From Terriglobia bacterium (lineage in GTDB: Bacteria; Acidobacteriota; Terriglobia; 20CM-2-55-15), in assembly GCA_965198225.1 (NCBI GenBank), contig CBDAOY010000008.1:1234070-1298069 (forward strand): 64,000 bases of DNA, written 5' to 3'. This document shows, in pieces, positions 1 through 9,989 of the stretch. Both the position numbers and the translations under genes were made by a program. Position 1 is the first letter of the stretch; each line of letters opens with the position of its first letter. Under the pieces are notes generated by a model. It was not told where the DNA came from and did no database searches. It saw nothing but the letters and a program-made list of their open reading frames with translations.

Positions 1-2
1 CG

Positions 3-407
3 GGCATCAATTCCGGTTTCATGGTTCCGCAGTACACGGCCGCGGCACTCGTGTCGGAAAACAAGATCCTCTGCCATCCGGCAAGCGTCGATTCAATTCC
101 GACGAGCCTCGGCCAGGAGGACCACGTCAGCATGGGGAGCATCAGCGCCGTCAAACTTCTGGATGTCTACCACAATGTCGAAACGGTCCTGAGCATCGAA
201 CTCTTCACCGCCGCCCAGGCGCTGGAATACCGGAAGCCGCTCCGACCCGGGAAAGGGGTGGAACTCGCGCATGACTTCGTTCGCTCTGTGGTGCCGCACA
301 CCGAAGTGGATCGCCGATTCGGCGACGACCTCGCACAGTGTCGGAAGCTCCTGGCAGAAACATCCCTCCTCGACGCCGTTGGCCGAGAGTTCGGAAGCCT
401 CCACTGA
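3..407 (+). CDS. hutH: Histidine ammonia-lyase, C-terminal part (runs in from window start)
   Basis: GINSGFM..QYTAAALVSENK..HPASVDSIPTS..QEDHVSMG motifs; stop overlaps hutI start (TGATG). Confidence 0.93.
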   Translation, partial: GINSGFMVPQYTAAALVSENKILCHPASVDSIPTSLGQEDHVSMGSISAVKLLDVYHNVETVLSIELFTAAQALEYRKPLRPGKGVELAHDFVRSVVPHTEVDRRFGDDLAQCRKLLAETSLLDAVGREFGSLH

Positions 408-1657
408 TGCCGGTCATCCGGAACGTCGGCGTTCTCGCCACCTGCCGTCGGGATGGCCCTCAGGACGAGCTTCACTCGATCCGGGACGCGGCAATGGCCT
501 GGACCGACGACAGTATCCAGTGGGTTGGCGGCGATAGAGACCTTCCTACCCGTTTCGTCGATTGGAAAACGTGGCGCCTGCCTGCAAGCCTCGTCATCCC
601 GGGCCTGGTCGACTGTCACACACATCTGGCTTTCGGAGGCTCGAGAGCCGACGAATTCGAAGCGCGCTCGCGCGGAACCAGCTACCTCGACATCGCTCGC
701 GCCGGTGGTGGCATTCGTCGAACGGTCGGACAGACGTGTGACAGCAGTTCCGAGGAGCTTTTCGATCGCTGCCTGAGGTTCCTGTCGGAGATGGGATCGC
801 TCGGGGTAACGACGGTGGAATGCAAGAGCGGGTACGGGCTGAGCTGCGAAGACGAACTCAAACTGCTGGAGGTCTACCGCAGACTCGACGAGAGGCAACC
901 ACTCCGAGTGATCTCTACGTTCCTCGGCGCCCACACCCTACCTCTCGAGTACGAACAAGACCGAGTCGCTTACGTGGATCTCGTGCGGGAACAAATGATT
1001 CCGACGGTCGCCCAAGGCAACCTGGCTCGATTCTGCGATGTCTTCGTCGAAGACTCCGCCTTCACGGTCGCAGAAGCGCGGGCAATCTTCCAGACAGCGG
1101 CTGAACATGGCCTCCGCCCGCGGCTTCACGCCGACCAATTGAGTGATGGTGGCGGGGCCGCCCTGGCTGCCGAGGTCGGTGCGGCTTCGGCGGATCACCT
1201 CGAGCACGCGTCCGACGCGGGAGTCGCTGCACTCTCGCGGGCCGGCGTGGTCGCCGTCAGCCTGCCTCTCGCCTCGCTCTACCTGCGGCAGCCTCCCCTC
1301 GAAGCGCGACGGCTGATCGATGCCGGAGTAGCGGTCGCTGTTGCGACGGATTTCAACCCTGGATCCGCGCCGAGCTTCCACCTCCCCCTTGCGATGACGC
1401 TGGCCTGCACGACACAGGGAATGACGCCGGGCGAAGCGCTCAAAGGAGCGACGCTGATCGCGGCCCGCTCCCTGGACCTCGAGGAAAAGGTGGGATCGCT
1501 CGAGGTAGGCAAAGCTGCCGATTTCGCCGTGATCGATGCGCCGGACGTCAATCACTGGCTGTGCCATTTCAGGGCGAATGCCTGCGAGGCGACCTTTGCC
1601 GGCGGCCGTCTGATTCACGGAAGCGAGAACATGGACGAGGGAATCGCCGACGGCTGA
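407..1657 (+). CDS. hutI: Imidazolonepropionase
   Basis: PGLVDCHTHL, GGGI, ECKSGYGL, HADQL, SADHLE, ATDFNPGS motifs; start set at ATG 407, coupled to hutH stop. Confidence 0.95.
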   Translation: MPVIRNVGVLATCRRDGPQDELHSIRDAAMAWTDDSIQWVGGDRDLPTRFVDWKTWRLPASLVIPGLVDCHTHLAFGGSRADEFEARSRGTSYLDIARAGGGIRRTVGQTCDSSSEELFDRCLRFLSEMGSLGVTTVECKSGYGLSCEDELKLLEVYRRLDERQPLRVISTFLGAHTLPLEYEQDRVAYVDLVREQMIPTVAQGNLARFCDVFVEDSAFTVAEARAIFQTAAEHGLRPRLHADQLSDGGGAALAAEVGAASADHLEHASDAGVAALSRAGVVAVSLPLASLYLRQPPLEARRLIDAGVAVAVATDFNPGSAPSFHLPLAMTLACTTQGMTPGEALKGATLIAARSLDLEEKVGSLEVGKAADFAVIDAPDVNHWLCHFRANACEATFAGGRLIHGSENMDEGIADG

Positions 1658-2763
1658 ACCCGGCGCAACCAGAGGTTGAAGATCTCGCCGGCCTCCGGCT
1701 CGATCACCCTCAGGAGCGCAGATCCGGATTCCATGAAATCCACAACCATGAATCCGGTATGCAGGTGAGCAAACAGCGTGTCCTCCCCATGGCTGACCGG
1801 ACTGGTCTTCGCCGCGGAGCCGCTGATCAGCACATAGTCGACGAGTTCCCCCTCCAGCACCTGCAGGCTGTGTTCATGCCCCGCCGCGAAAAGCAGGAGC
1901 CCTTCACCCACCGGGCGTCGAGAGAAAGCGCTATTGATGTCATCGACCATGCGGCGGTAGGCCGAGGCGTTGAAGTCCTGATCACGCAGCGGCAACTTTC
2001 GGGAGAGGGCGATCACGGTGCCGATGATGGGTGGGAGCAGATGATCCTTCCAGTCGGAAAAACCGGAATGCCGGCCGTACCCGCCCAGTGGATGGTGGGC
2101 GGCAACGACAACGTCGAGGTCGGTGTCGAGCAGTTCGACGAGACGGTCGACGACGGCCTCGCGGTTCGGTTGCGGGCATTCGCTGGTCGGCTTCTCGCCT
2201 TTCTGGAGCCACCACTGGGTGTCGAGTGCGATGATCCGCACACCCTGGAGGAGGTCGAGTAAGGCGGGTCCCGGACAACCGTTTTTCGGGAGGAAGTTGT
2301 CCATCCCCGGCATGTGCTGGTTGACGTACCGCGCCTGGGCGACGACGGCGTCGTAGCCCTCGTCTTCGTCACCACTGGCCCAGTCATGGTTTCCAGGAAG
2401 AAACACTCCACGAGCGCCGCTTTCGGTGACCGCTTCGATCTGGGGCAGCAGGCGGGCGTCGGCCTCCCCTCGACGCCGCTCGGTCATCCCTTCCGGATAC
2501 ATGTTGTCGCCCAGGTAGAGAACGATCGTTTTCTCCGGCGTGCGGGATGCCCACTCCGACACTTCGTCGAGGACGGGAGTGTCCGTTTCGCCCGCGTCCC
2601 CAACGAGTAGAATTCGATTTCGGATCGAATCCGTCGGGGAAGCCGGTCGAGTCTCAGCGGGAGACAGTGCGCCCGGGCGGAAGTACGGGTTCGTGTGGCT
2701 GCAGGCGGCCCCCGGGATGAAGCACGCCAGGACAATTACACGAAGACGCGTGCGTTTACCCAT
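1615..2763 (-). CDS. Exported (probable lipoprotein) calcineurin-like metallophosphoesterase
   Basis: GDAG, LGDNMYP, PGNHDW, AHHP, GHEHSLQ motifs; signal peptide ending GAAC. Confidence 0.85.
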   Translation of the reverse strand: MGKRTRLRVIVLACFIPGAACSHTNPYFRPGALSPAETRPASPTDSIRNRILLVGDAGETDTPVLDEVSEWASRTPEKTIVLYLGDNMYPEGMTERRRGEADARLLPQIEAVTESGARGVFLPGNHDWASGDEDEGYDAVVAQARYVNQHMPGMDNFLPKNGCPGPALLDLLQGVRIIALDTQWWLQKGEKPTSECPQPNREAVVDRLVELLDTDLDVVVAAHHPLGGYGRHSGFSDWKDHLLPPIIGTVIALSRKLPLRDQDFNASAYRRMVDDINSAFSRRPVGEGLLLFAAGHEHSLQVLEGELVDYVLISGSAAKTSPVSHGEDTLFAHLHTGFMVVDFMESGSALLRVIEPEAGEIFNLWLRRVQPSAIPSSMFSLP

Positions 2764-2985
2764 ACCTGGAGTGTAGTGATAAGATCGGCGCGCGGTCAAA
2801 CGCCCAACTTTACAGTCCGGGGGCAGGTTGGGTATTCTCGGACGCGGAGAGGCATCGGGATGACACAGATCCTCTACTGTCCTGTCGCAGGCTTTCGTTG
2901 ACGGGTATTTCTTGGGTTTTCCGGACTATCGTTCACACTCTTAGTTCAGATACGGGTTAGGGCCAGAGATCCGCATAATCTCATC

Positions 2986-4312
2986 ATGAATCTCGGAACG
3001 CAGGATTGGCACGCCAGGGACGGAGGAGCGATCCAGCAGGGGCAGACCACGCAGGCACAACTCAGGCGACGGTTGGTCGGGTCCGGCAGGCTCAGAGTGT
3101 TCGTTTTGTCGGTGCTACTGATTCTCCTGGGGATTCCCGCGATGCCTCCCCTGTATGCCCAGTCAACCCGCGCGGAAAAGATTCAGGCCGAACGCCGGGA
3201 CAAGGCAGCCACATCCCAACCAGAGCGCGTTTCGAAAACCGAAGGTCGCCTGAACGCGATCAAAGACAAGAAGCTGTTGGAACGTCTCGCTTTCGGATAC
3301 CACGGGCTGACCGTGGTGCTTGGCGGCCTGGGGACCGGACAGGGCTTCGCGTTGGGACCACAGTACCTCCGATCGGATCTGGGAGACGGCAGTCCTGATC
3401 CGGAGTTCAGCCCGCTATGCCTTCGCAGAGGCGTATCTCGCGGATGCGGTGCTGTCGATGCCACACCTGGCTAACGACAGGCTGTTTCTGGACTTCGCCG
3501 GTCAGCACCGGAACTACCCGCGCATCGACTACTACGGTCCGGGTATGGATTCGAAAGAGTCTGATCGGACACACTTCCGTCTCGAAGACACGGCGCTCGA
3601 CGCAACGGTCGGCGTACGGCCCGTCGGGCCGCTGAGTCTGGGCGCGACGGTTGGCGCCCTGTTCGTCAACACCGGTCCCGGGAACCTCGGCTCGTCCAGG
3701 CCGCGCACCGAGGACGTCTTCTCTCCCGCAGCAATCCCGGGACTCGCCGATCAGACCAACTTTCTGAGAGGGGCCGCCTTCATCCAGTTGGACTACCGGG
3801 ATAATCCGGGAGGCCCCCGAACGGGCGGTAATTACGTGGCCCGGTACACCTACTTCGATGATCGCGAACTCGAGCGTCACGATTTTCGGCGCCTGGACGT
3901 CGAGCTACAACAGTACGTTCCCTTCTTCAACGGGCGACGGGTGATTGCCCTCCGTGCCCGTACGATCCTCACGTATCCGAACGGCGATGCCAGCGTGCCA
4001 TTCTACATGCAGACGGTGCTCGGAGGCTCGGACGACCTGAGAGGCTTCCGTCCATATCGTTTCTACGGCGATCATCAGATCCTTTTGAACGCCGAATACC
4101 GCTGGGAGTCGTTTACAGGTCTTGAGATGGCGGCTTTTTTTGATGCCGGGAAGGTCGTTCCAGAGCGTTCCGACATCAACTTCCGGGATCTTGAAACTTC
4201 GGCGGGCTTCGGCTTTCGTTTCAACGTGCGTAACAACACGTTCATACGCATCGACACCGGATTCAGCCGGGAGGGCTTCTTAGTATGGTTCAAGTTCGCG
4301 AATCCTTTTTGA
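2986..4312 (+). CDS. BamA/TamA (Omp85) family outer-membrane beta-barrel protein, frameshifted near 3391
   Basis: ORF 2986..3474 (signal peptide, N-terminus) continues in ORF 3320..4312 with LGGSDDLRGF..RF, NAEYRW, FFDAGKV, GFGFRF and terminal Phe; true start may lie downstream of 2986. Confidence 0.8.
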
Positions 4313-4325
4313 GAGGAATCATCGG

Positions 4326-5927
4326 ATGACAGGAATCCTGATAGCGCTCCTGGTGGGAGGCGGGTTGCTAACACAGAAGTTCTATCCGGACGATCCCCTG
4401 ACGAGGGAGCCGGAGCCGATGCGGGTCGACGACGCTGCGTTCCGCAAGCTCAACGACCAGTACGACCTCTTCATGCACACGCTCGGCAGTCCCGGAGAGC
4501 AACAACCGGAGAACGTGGAACCGATTCGTGCGTTGTCCATCAACACGCTGGACGAGGTTCCGGACAACCCGTGGTTCACGAACCGCATCGGATCACGAGA
4601 CATGTCGATCGAGGAGGTTCGGCGGGGCCCCGGCAGCGACCAACCTCCTGATACCACGGGGCCCTGGAAGATCGTCGCGGGCAAGACCGAAGGTGTCACC
4701 CCGGGGTTCCGAATCGAGGACGTCCGTGGGGAGCAGTATCTGTTGAAGTTCGATCCCGAGACCAACCCTGAAATGGCTACGGGAGCGGATGTAATCGGAT
4801 CGGTGCTGTTTCACGCGCTCGGTTACAACGTCCCCGAGAATTACCTGGTGACCTTCGATCGGGACCAACTCGTCATCGGCGAGGATGCGACGATACCCGT
4901 TCGGCTGGGGCAGGCACGGCCGATCTCGAGCATGGACGTCAACACCGCCCTCGCACGGGTGCCGCGTAGCGAAGACGGCGGGATTCGGGCCATTGCCAGC
5001 CGACTGCTGCCGGGAAAGATCCTCGGCGAGTTTCGTTATCACGCCACACGAGCAGATGATCCCAATGACGTCGTCGCCCACGAGCATCGGCGGGAACTCC
5101 GAGGTCTCTTCGTTTTCTGCGCCTGGCTGAACCACAACGATTCCCGTTCGATCAACACGCTCGACTCACTCGTGGATGAAGGCGATCTGAAGTACGTGCG
5201 GCACTATCTGATCGATTTCGGAGCGACCCTGGGCAGCGCCAGCGTGGTCTCGAACACGGCACGAGACGGGAACGCATATTTCTTCGAGTTCGGACAGGCC
5301 CTGGCCCAACTCATCAGTCTGGGAGCCTATGTCCCGGCATGGGCGAGGGCGAAGTATCTCAAGTCGGACGCGATCGGCATGATCAACCACGAGGACTTCG
5401 ACCCGGAAAAGTGGAAGCCGAATTACTGGAACCCGGCTTTTTCCAACCGACTTCCAGACGACACTTTCTGGGCCGCCAGGAAGGTCATGGCGTTCAGCGA
5501 CGAACATATCCGGGCCGCCGTTGAGCAAGCCCGTTATTCCGACCCGGAGGACACGGCCGCTCTGACCGAGTACTTGATCGCGCGGAGGGACAAGATCGGG
5601 CAGGTCTATTTTGCTCGGGTGCTTCCCCTCGACGAGTTTCGTCTCTCGGATGGGCAACTGGAGTTCGAAGACCTGGCCGTTAAACACGGATTCGTCCCAA
5701 ACCGCGCCTACACGGTCGAATGGTTCCGGTTCAGCAATGAAACAGACACCCTCGAACGAATTGATGACGGAACCAGCTTTTCCATCCCGGATGAAGCGCG
5801 AGCCGCCTCACCGGGCTCGTATTTTGCTGCGACGATCCGCGGCGAATCCGGGGAGCAGAGTGTGGTTATCTACATGCGCACGGAAGGCGAGGGACATCGA
5901 ATAGTCGGCATCGAACGCACTTGGTAG
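4326..5927 (+). CDS. Exported hypothetical protein with atypical (HipA/PI3K-like) kinase motifs
   Basis: Signal peptide; GKTEGVTPG, YLLKFD..E, WLNHNDSRSIN, YLIDFG. Confidence 0.65.
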   Translation: MTGILIALLVGGGLLTQKFYPDDPLTREPEPMRVDDAAFRKLNDQYDLFMHTLGSPGEQQPENVEPIRALSINTLDEVPDNPWFTNRIGSRDMSIEEVRRGPGSDQPPDTTGPWKIVAGKTEGVTPGFRIEDVRGEQYLLKFDPETNPEMATGADVIGSVLFHALGYNVPENYLVTFDRDQLVIGEDATIPVRLGQARPISSMDVNTALARVPRSEDGGIRAIASRLLPGKILGEFRYHATRADDPNDVVAHEHRRELRGLFVFCAWLNHNDSRSINTLDSLVDEGDLKYVRHYLIDFGATLGSASVVSNTARDGNAYFFEFGQALAQLISLGAYVPAWARAKYLKSDAIGMINHEDFDPEKWKPNYWNPAFSNRLPDDTFWAARKVMAFSDEHIRAAVEQARYSDPEDTAALTEYLIARRDKIGQVYFARVLPLDEFRLSDGQLEFEDLAVKHGFVPNRAYTVEWFRFSNETDTLERIDDGTSFSIPDEARAASPGSYFAATIRGESGEQSVVIYMRTEGEGHRIVGIERTW

Positions 5928-5968
5928 GCGCATCTCGGGATTGAGAGGGAGAAACGTTAGGATCGGGG

Positions 5969-6149
5969 GTAGGTGCGCTCTATGGGCGGAACCATCTATT
6001 AGCGTCGGGCCCACCGTCCCCCTCCCGACGAAAGACTGAGCGTTCGCGGTCCGAATTGCGGTGGGTAGGTTCACGGAGAAAGACAGTTGGTCCGGTCCCC
6101 CCACGCCATCCTTGCCCAGAACAGTGTGCGGTCATAGACGCACCTAAAC
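5969..6149. repeat. Degenerate REP pair (REPIN-like), GTAG family
   Basis: GTAGGTGCGCTCTATGGGCG at 5969 and inverted TGTGCGGTCATAGACGCACCTAAAC at 6125, between convergent genes. Confidence 0.6.
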
Positions 6150-6166
6150 CGCCCATCGTCGAGCGC

Positions 6167-7378
6167 CTAGCGCAGATTGAAGTTCACTTCGATATTCAAA
6201 GCGACGTCGACCGGGACGCCATTCCGCATTCCAGGTCTGAACTTCCACTCCTTCAGCGCCTTCATGGCGTTCTCGTCGAGGCCGAAGCCGAGGCTCCGGA
6301 CGACCCGAAGGATCTCCACACTGCCATCCTTGCGCACAATCGCTTCGAGGACGACGGTGCCCTGATACTGCGCTTTGCGGGCCTCCTCGGCGTAGATCGG
6401 ATCACGCTTGAACAGAATCGTCGGCGGAGTGATTCCCCCGCCAACACGGAAGACGCCACCACCGAAGCCTCCACCTTGTCCCTGGCCCAGGCCCGGTCCG
6501 CTGCCCATACCGACACCTCTGCCCTGGCCGGTTCCGATCCCGGCACCGGTGCCGGGACCCGAGGACGGTGGCGCGGGAATGCCTTCGGGATCGCCCAGGT
6601 TGAACAGGTCCACTGAGGGGAGCATGCTCGCCAGTTGCGGGGCCACGATGGTGGGCTCGGCCACGAGGAGCGGGTTGGAATTCGGGGGCGGTTCGGGCGT
6701 CGGGGGCACCAGTTGCCGGTCCGAGGCTCGGGGCGGTTGCCCGAGAGAGGGCGCGGTCAGCGTTTCTCGCCCCCCACCGCCGCCGCCGCCGGAAGTGTCA
6801 TCTTCCTCGGGCAGCAGGAGCAGGTCGGGTGGCAGGTAGAGGGGAATGAATGTCTCGGTCACCTGCACTGGGAATTCGGAGGAAGGGCTCCAGAATCCCG
6901 TAAAGACGAGCATGATCATGAAGGCGTGCGCGCCCCCGGACACGGCGACACGCTTCTTGACCTTCCACTCGGACCAGATCGGTTCGACCTCGACGGGCTC
7001 GGCGGTCGTTACAGCCGGTTGCGGATTCCTGATGTCGTCGAAGATCGCCCGGGTCTGGCGGTAGATCGAGAGAAACGGCAACTGGGTTTCGATCAAACCT
7101 TCCAGGGCTCGAGGATCCGCGTGTGCCGTGATCTTCGCTCGGGGAGTCGGATTGGCGGCCTCGGCGCGAAACTCCTGGATCTGTCTCCGCAAAGAGGCGA
7201 AAGACGTCGGACCCTCGACCAACTTGTCCAGGGCCTGCGGGTCCGGCTCGGCCGTGATCTTGGCCGGTGGTGGAGGATTCCTCCGTTCGTCCTCGAGCTC
7301 CCGGAGCTGCCGGACCAAGGAGAAGATCCATTTTTCATTAGCGACTTCTCTGTAGCTAAAGGGCTTCTGGTTGCGCAT
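6167..7378 (-). CDS. tonB: Energy transducer TonB with repeated N-terminal extension
   Basis: TM helix, Pro/Gly-rich linker, C-terminal PIYAEEARKAQYQGTVVLEAIV..GLDENA..WKFRPG..VNFNL. Confidence 0.85.
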   Translation of the reverse strand: MRNQKPFSYREVANEKWIFSLVRQLRELEDERRNPPPPAKITAEPDPQALDKLVEGPTSFASLRRQIQEFRAEAANPTPRAKITAHADPRALEGLIETQLPFLSIYRQTRAIFDDIRNPQPAVTTAEPVEVEPIWSEWKVKKRVAVSGGAHAFMIMLVFTGFWSPSSEFPVQVTETFIPLYLPPDLLLLPEEDDTSGGGGGGGRETLTAPSLGQPPRASDRQLVPPTPEPPPNSNPLLVAEPTIVAPQLASMLPSVDLFNLGDPEGIPAPPSSGPGTGAGIGTGQGRGVGMGSGPGLGQGQGGGFGGGVFRVGGGITPPTILFKRDPIYAEEARKAQYQGTVVLEAIVRKDGSVEILRVVRSLGFGLDENAMKALKEWKFRPGMRNGVPVDVALNIEVNFNLR

Positions 7379-7553
7379 GAGGTCCCTGTCTCCCGATTCG
7401 AATCCACGCCCGTAAGTAGGCGTTAAGTGTATAGACGGACGGGAGTTGGATACGTTTAGTGGAAAATTGATTCGTGAAAATGGACAAGTGAGGAGTGAAG
7501 AGTCGGAGGGAGGTGCCCGTCGGTTGATGCTGCGGTTTGACGAGCAGTCGAAG

Positions 7554-8888
7554 TCACGCAAGAATCCGCATGGATACCCGGCCGAACAGCGCATTCGATT
7601 GGTTCAAACCGGAAACGGCCCGTTTCACCACTTCTTCAGACCGGCCGAGCTGCTGCTGATTCTGCCTCATTTTCGAAAAAGCGGCGCGAAGCCCTTCGCG
7701 TGCCGGCACGACGAAGCCGGCGGCACCGCCACTCCGACCCAGACGGTCTCGCAACTCTGAAAAGATACCGTCTTTGCCATCGCGGCCACGGAGCAGCCCT
7801 TGCACATCTCGAAGGGAGGTCGCTAACGCCTTGTCCAGCTTCGACTTGTCCAAGGTCAACCGACCGGAGGCCGAACTGGAAATGCCGATGTCGGAGAGTT
7901 TCTTGTAGGTCCCGGTCGTGGTCGCTGAAACAGACCGTCGCACCTCGCGAATGGTGTTCCGGAGTTCGGAGCTGGCGGCGATGCGATCTCTGGAATCGCG
8001 CTTTGTCGAGTCTGACGAAAGTCGGGCGTAGTCCTGCTCCAGGGCGTTGAATTCATCGACGAAACGACCGACGGAACGGCCCGTCGAGCCCGCGTCGGAA
8101 GCCACGCTGATCGTCGCCGTGCCCTTGCCGACCAACGTCATCGATGTACCGGAGACGGCGTCGAGCACGGTGTTCGAAGTGCTGTTGAGCTGCTTGCCGT
8201 CCACCTTGATCTGGGCGTTCTGAGCGTTCTGGGTATTCCCGGAGACCGAACTCTGCCCGGTCGCGAATGCCAGCGCGGGCCCCCCGGAATTTGTCAGAGA
8301 GTTGTTGATCGTAAAGCCTTGGCCCTGTCCGGTCTCCCGGCTGGATATGACCAGCTTGTTGGAAACGGCATCGTTCGTGATCGAGGCCACGACCCCGGAG
8401 TTCTGGTTGTTGATCTGATCCTTGAGACTGGAAAGCGATGTTGCCGACCCCACGTTGATCGTTGTGGTCGTCCCACCGTTCACGGTGAACGAGATCGATC
8501 CGCCATCGGCCACGGTGTCGGTCGTGTTGGTGTAGCCTGTCGTAGACGTCGTGATCTGGCGTTTGGCCAGTTGGGTTACTTCCAGCGAAAACTCGCCCAG
8601 CGATGCCCCGGGCGAGGCCGAGACAGTCGCGACAGTGGTTGCGGACGAGGAGGCCTTGGCGCCTGCAAAGCTTGCCTTGCCGCTGAGCTCCCGCACGGGG
8701 CCGTGGAAGTTCTGGAGTCGATCGGAGACGGAGGAAAGCGCGGAGCTCTTTCCGAAGCGGGCCTGGAGATCGGCGGAGCTCTTTCCGAAGCGGGCCTGGA
8801 GATCCGGTTTGGATCCGGCCGTCCGGTCGAAATCGACAAACTTCACCGCGTCGAAGACGCTGTTGCCTGTGAAACTGATCGAAGCCAT
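7554..8888 (-). CDS. fliD: Flagellar filament cap (HAP2) FliD-like protein
   Basis: MASISFTG start, LEVTQLAK, LKDQIN, LVISSRETG, AQNAQIKVDG..STSNTV, FVDEFNAL, LSDIGI..G.LTLDKSKL. Confidence 0.75.
   Translation of the reverse strand: MASISFTGNSVFDAVKFVDFDRTAGSKPDLQARFGKSSADLQARFGKSSALSSVSDRLQNFHGPVRELSGKASFAGAKASSSATTVATVSASPGASLGEFSLEVTQLAKRQITTSTTGYTNTTDTVADGGSISFTVNGGTTTTINVGSATSLSSLKDQINNQNSGVVASITNDAVSNKLVISSRETGQGQGFTINNSLTNSGGPALAFATGQSSVSGNTQNAQNAQIKVDGKQLNSTSNTVLDAVSGTSMTLVGKGTATISVASDAGSTGRSVGRFVDEFNALEQDYARLSSDSTKRDSRDRIAASSELRNTIREVRRSVSATTTGTYKKLSDIGISSSASGRLTLDKSKLDKALATSLRDVQGLLRGRDGKDGIFSELRDRLGRSGGAAGFVVPAREGLRAAFSKMRQNQQQLGRSEEVVKRAVSGLNQSNALFGRVSMRILA
8740..8804. repeat. 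33-bp in-frame tandem duplication inside the fliD-like gene
   Basis: GCGGAGCTCTTTCCGAAGCGGGCCTGGAGATC twice (DLQARFGKSSA x2). Confidence 0.9.
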
Positions 8889-9033
8889 CCGTCGTGCCTC
8901 TTTTTTTGAGAACGGCCTTCTGAGCTAATCACCAGACGCGCTTCTGTCGCAGGCGCTTTCCGGTGCCAGGGACGGTAGATTTTCGCTCTCAGCCACCGCT
9001 CTTCAATTAGTCAAAATCCGGCTGATGTCCTCT

Positions 9034-9060
9034 TTATCGTCAAAACTGAAGAGCCCATTA
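9034..9060 (-). promoter_or_regulatory. Candidate sigma28 (FliA) promoter for the fliD-like gene
   Basis: Minus strand TAAT-N15-GACGATAA versus consensus TAAA-N15-GCCGATAA. Confidence 0.5.
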
Positions 9061-9209
9061 GGGAAAACTCGAAGGCGCGGGCAAAAACTAGCAAGGTGAC
9101 GAGCTCCTCTGGTCCAGAGGGAGGCTGCCACACACTGTGCTTGACTGCGCGACTCCCGTTTCCGTAAGCTCGCTCCGTGGTTTCGGTAGTGAGCGCCGTC
9201 GGAGGACAC

Positions 9210-9722
9210 ATGAAGCGAGCTTTCGGTCTGCTTGTTGCGACACTCTTGTCTCTTCCAGCGGCGGCCCAGGACGATCTGGCGTCGCTGCGCAATTTTCTCT
9301 GGGTGGAATCCGATTTCTGTACCGGCGCCCAGCCGTCGTTGGAACATCTGACCCGGCTCAAGGAAGAGGGCGTTCGAGGCATCCTCAACCTCCGGCGACC
9401 CCGCGAGCACGACTGGGCTTCAGAACAGGAGAAGGCCCAGGAACTCGGCTTAAAGTACTTCAACATCCCTGTCGCATCGAGGGATCCCAAGGATGTGCAG
9501 GTCACCCAGTTCCTGCGGCTAACGGACGATCCCGACCTCCGACCTCTCTTCATCCACTGCGCCGGGGCGGTACGGGTCGGCGCCTTCTGGATGATCCGCC
9601 GGGTGCTCCGAGAAGGATGGTCGATCGAACGGGCGGAGGAAGAGGCGGCTCGTATCGGGCTGCGACCCGGCTCCCGACTGAATGGTTTTGCCCGCGACTA
9701 CATCGCGCGGCACCAGGACTAG
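9210..9722 (+). CDS. Exported protein-tyrosine-phosphatase-like / DUF442-like protein
   Basis: Signal peptide; GAQP, ILNLRR, YFNIPV, FIHCAGAVR (CX5R). Confidence 0.75.
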   Translation: MKRAFGLLVATLLSLPAAAQDDLASLRNFLWVESDFCTGAQPSLEHLTRLKEEGVRGILNLRRPREHDWASEQEKAQELGLKYFNIPVASRDPKDVQVTQFLRLTDDPDLRPLFIHCAGAVRVGAFWMIRRVLREGWSIERAEEEAARIGLRPGSRLNGFARDYIARHQD

Positions 9723-9989
9723 TGACCTGTAACAGTGCTATCGGTACCAGCGTTCGGCGGAACGGCGTCGGATTCTAGGAGTGACGCCCGAGCCAATGCT
9801 GTTTCATTGCGAGGGCGTTACGACACCGAAGACGGCGCCGTTCCGCCGAACCCTTCGGGCCGATGGGGGTTGCGGGCGATCTCTTTGTCGGAAGCCGTCA
9901 CCGATGAAAGAGCATCGCTTTCCGTCTCCCTCCTCGACCTCGCCCGCAAGACCCATCGGCGATGGTACCGATAGCATTGTTACAGGCCA
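9723..9989. mobile_element. MITE (267 bp) with 27-bp terminal inverted repeats, flanked by CTAG
   Basis: TGACCTGTAACAGTGCTATCGGTACCA (9723-9749) / TGGTACCGATAGCATTGTTACAGGCCA (9963-9989), 2 mismatches; CTAG at 9719-9722 and 9990-9993. Confidence 0.85.

Noticed and set aside
3005-3022. Sigma54 promoter at TGGCAC
   Set aside because: No TTGC -12 element at the required spacing
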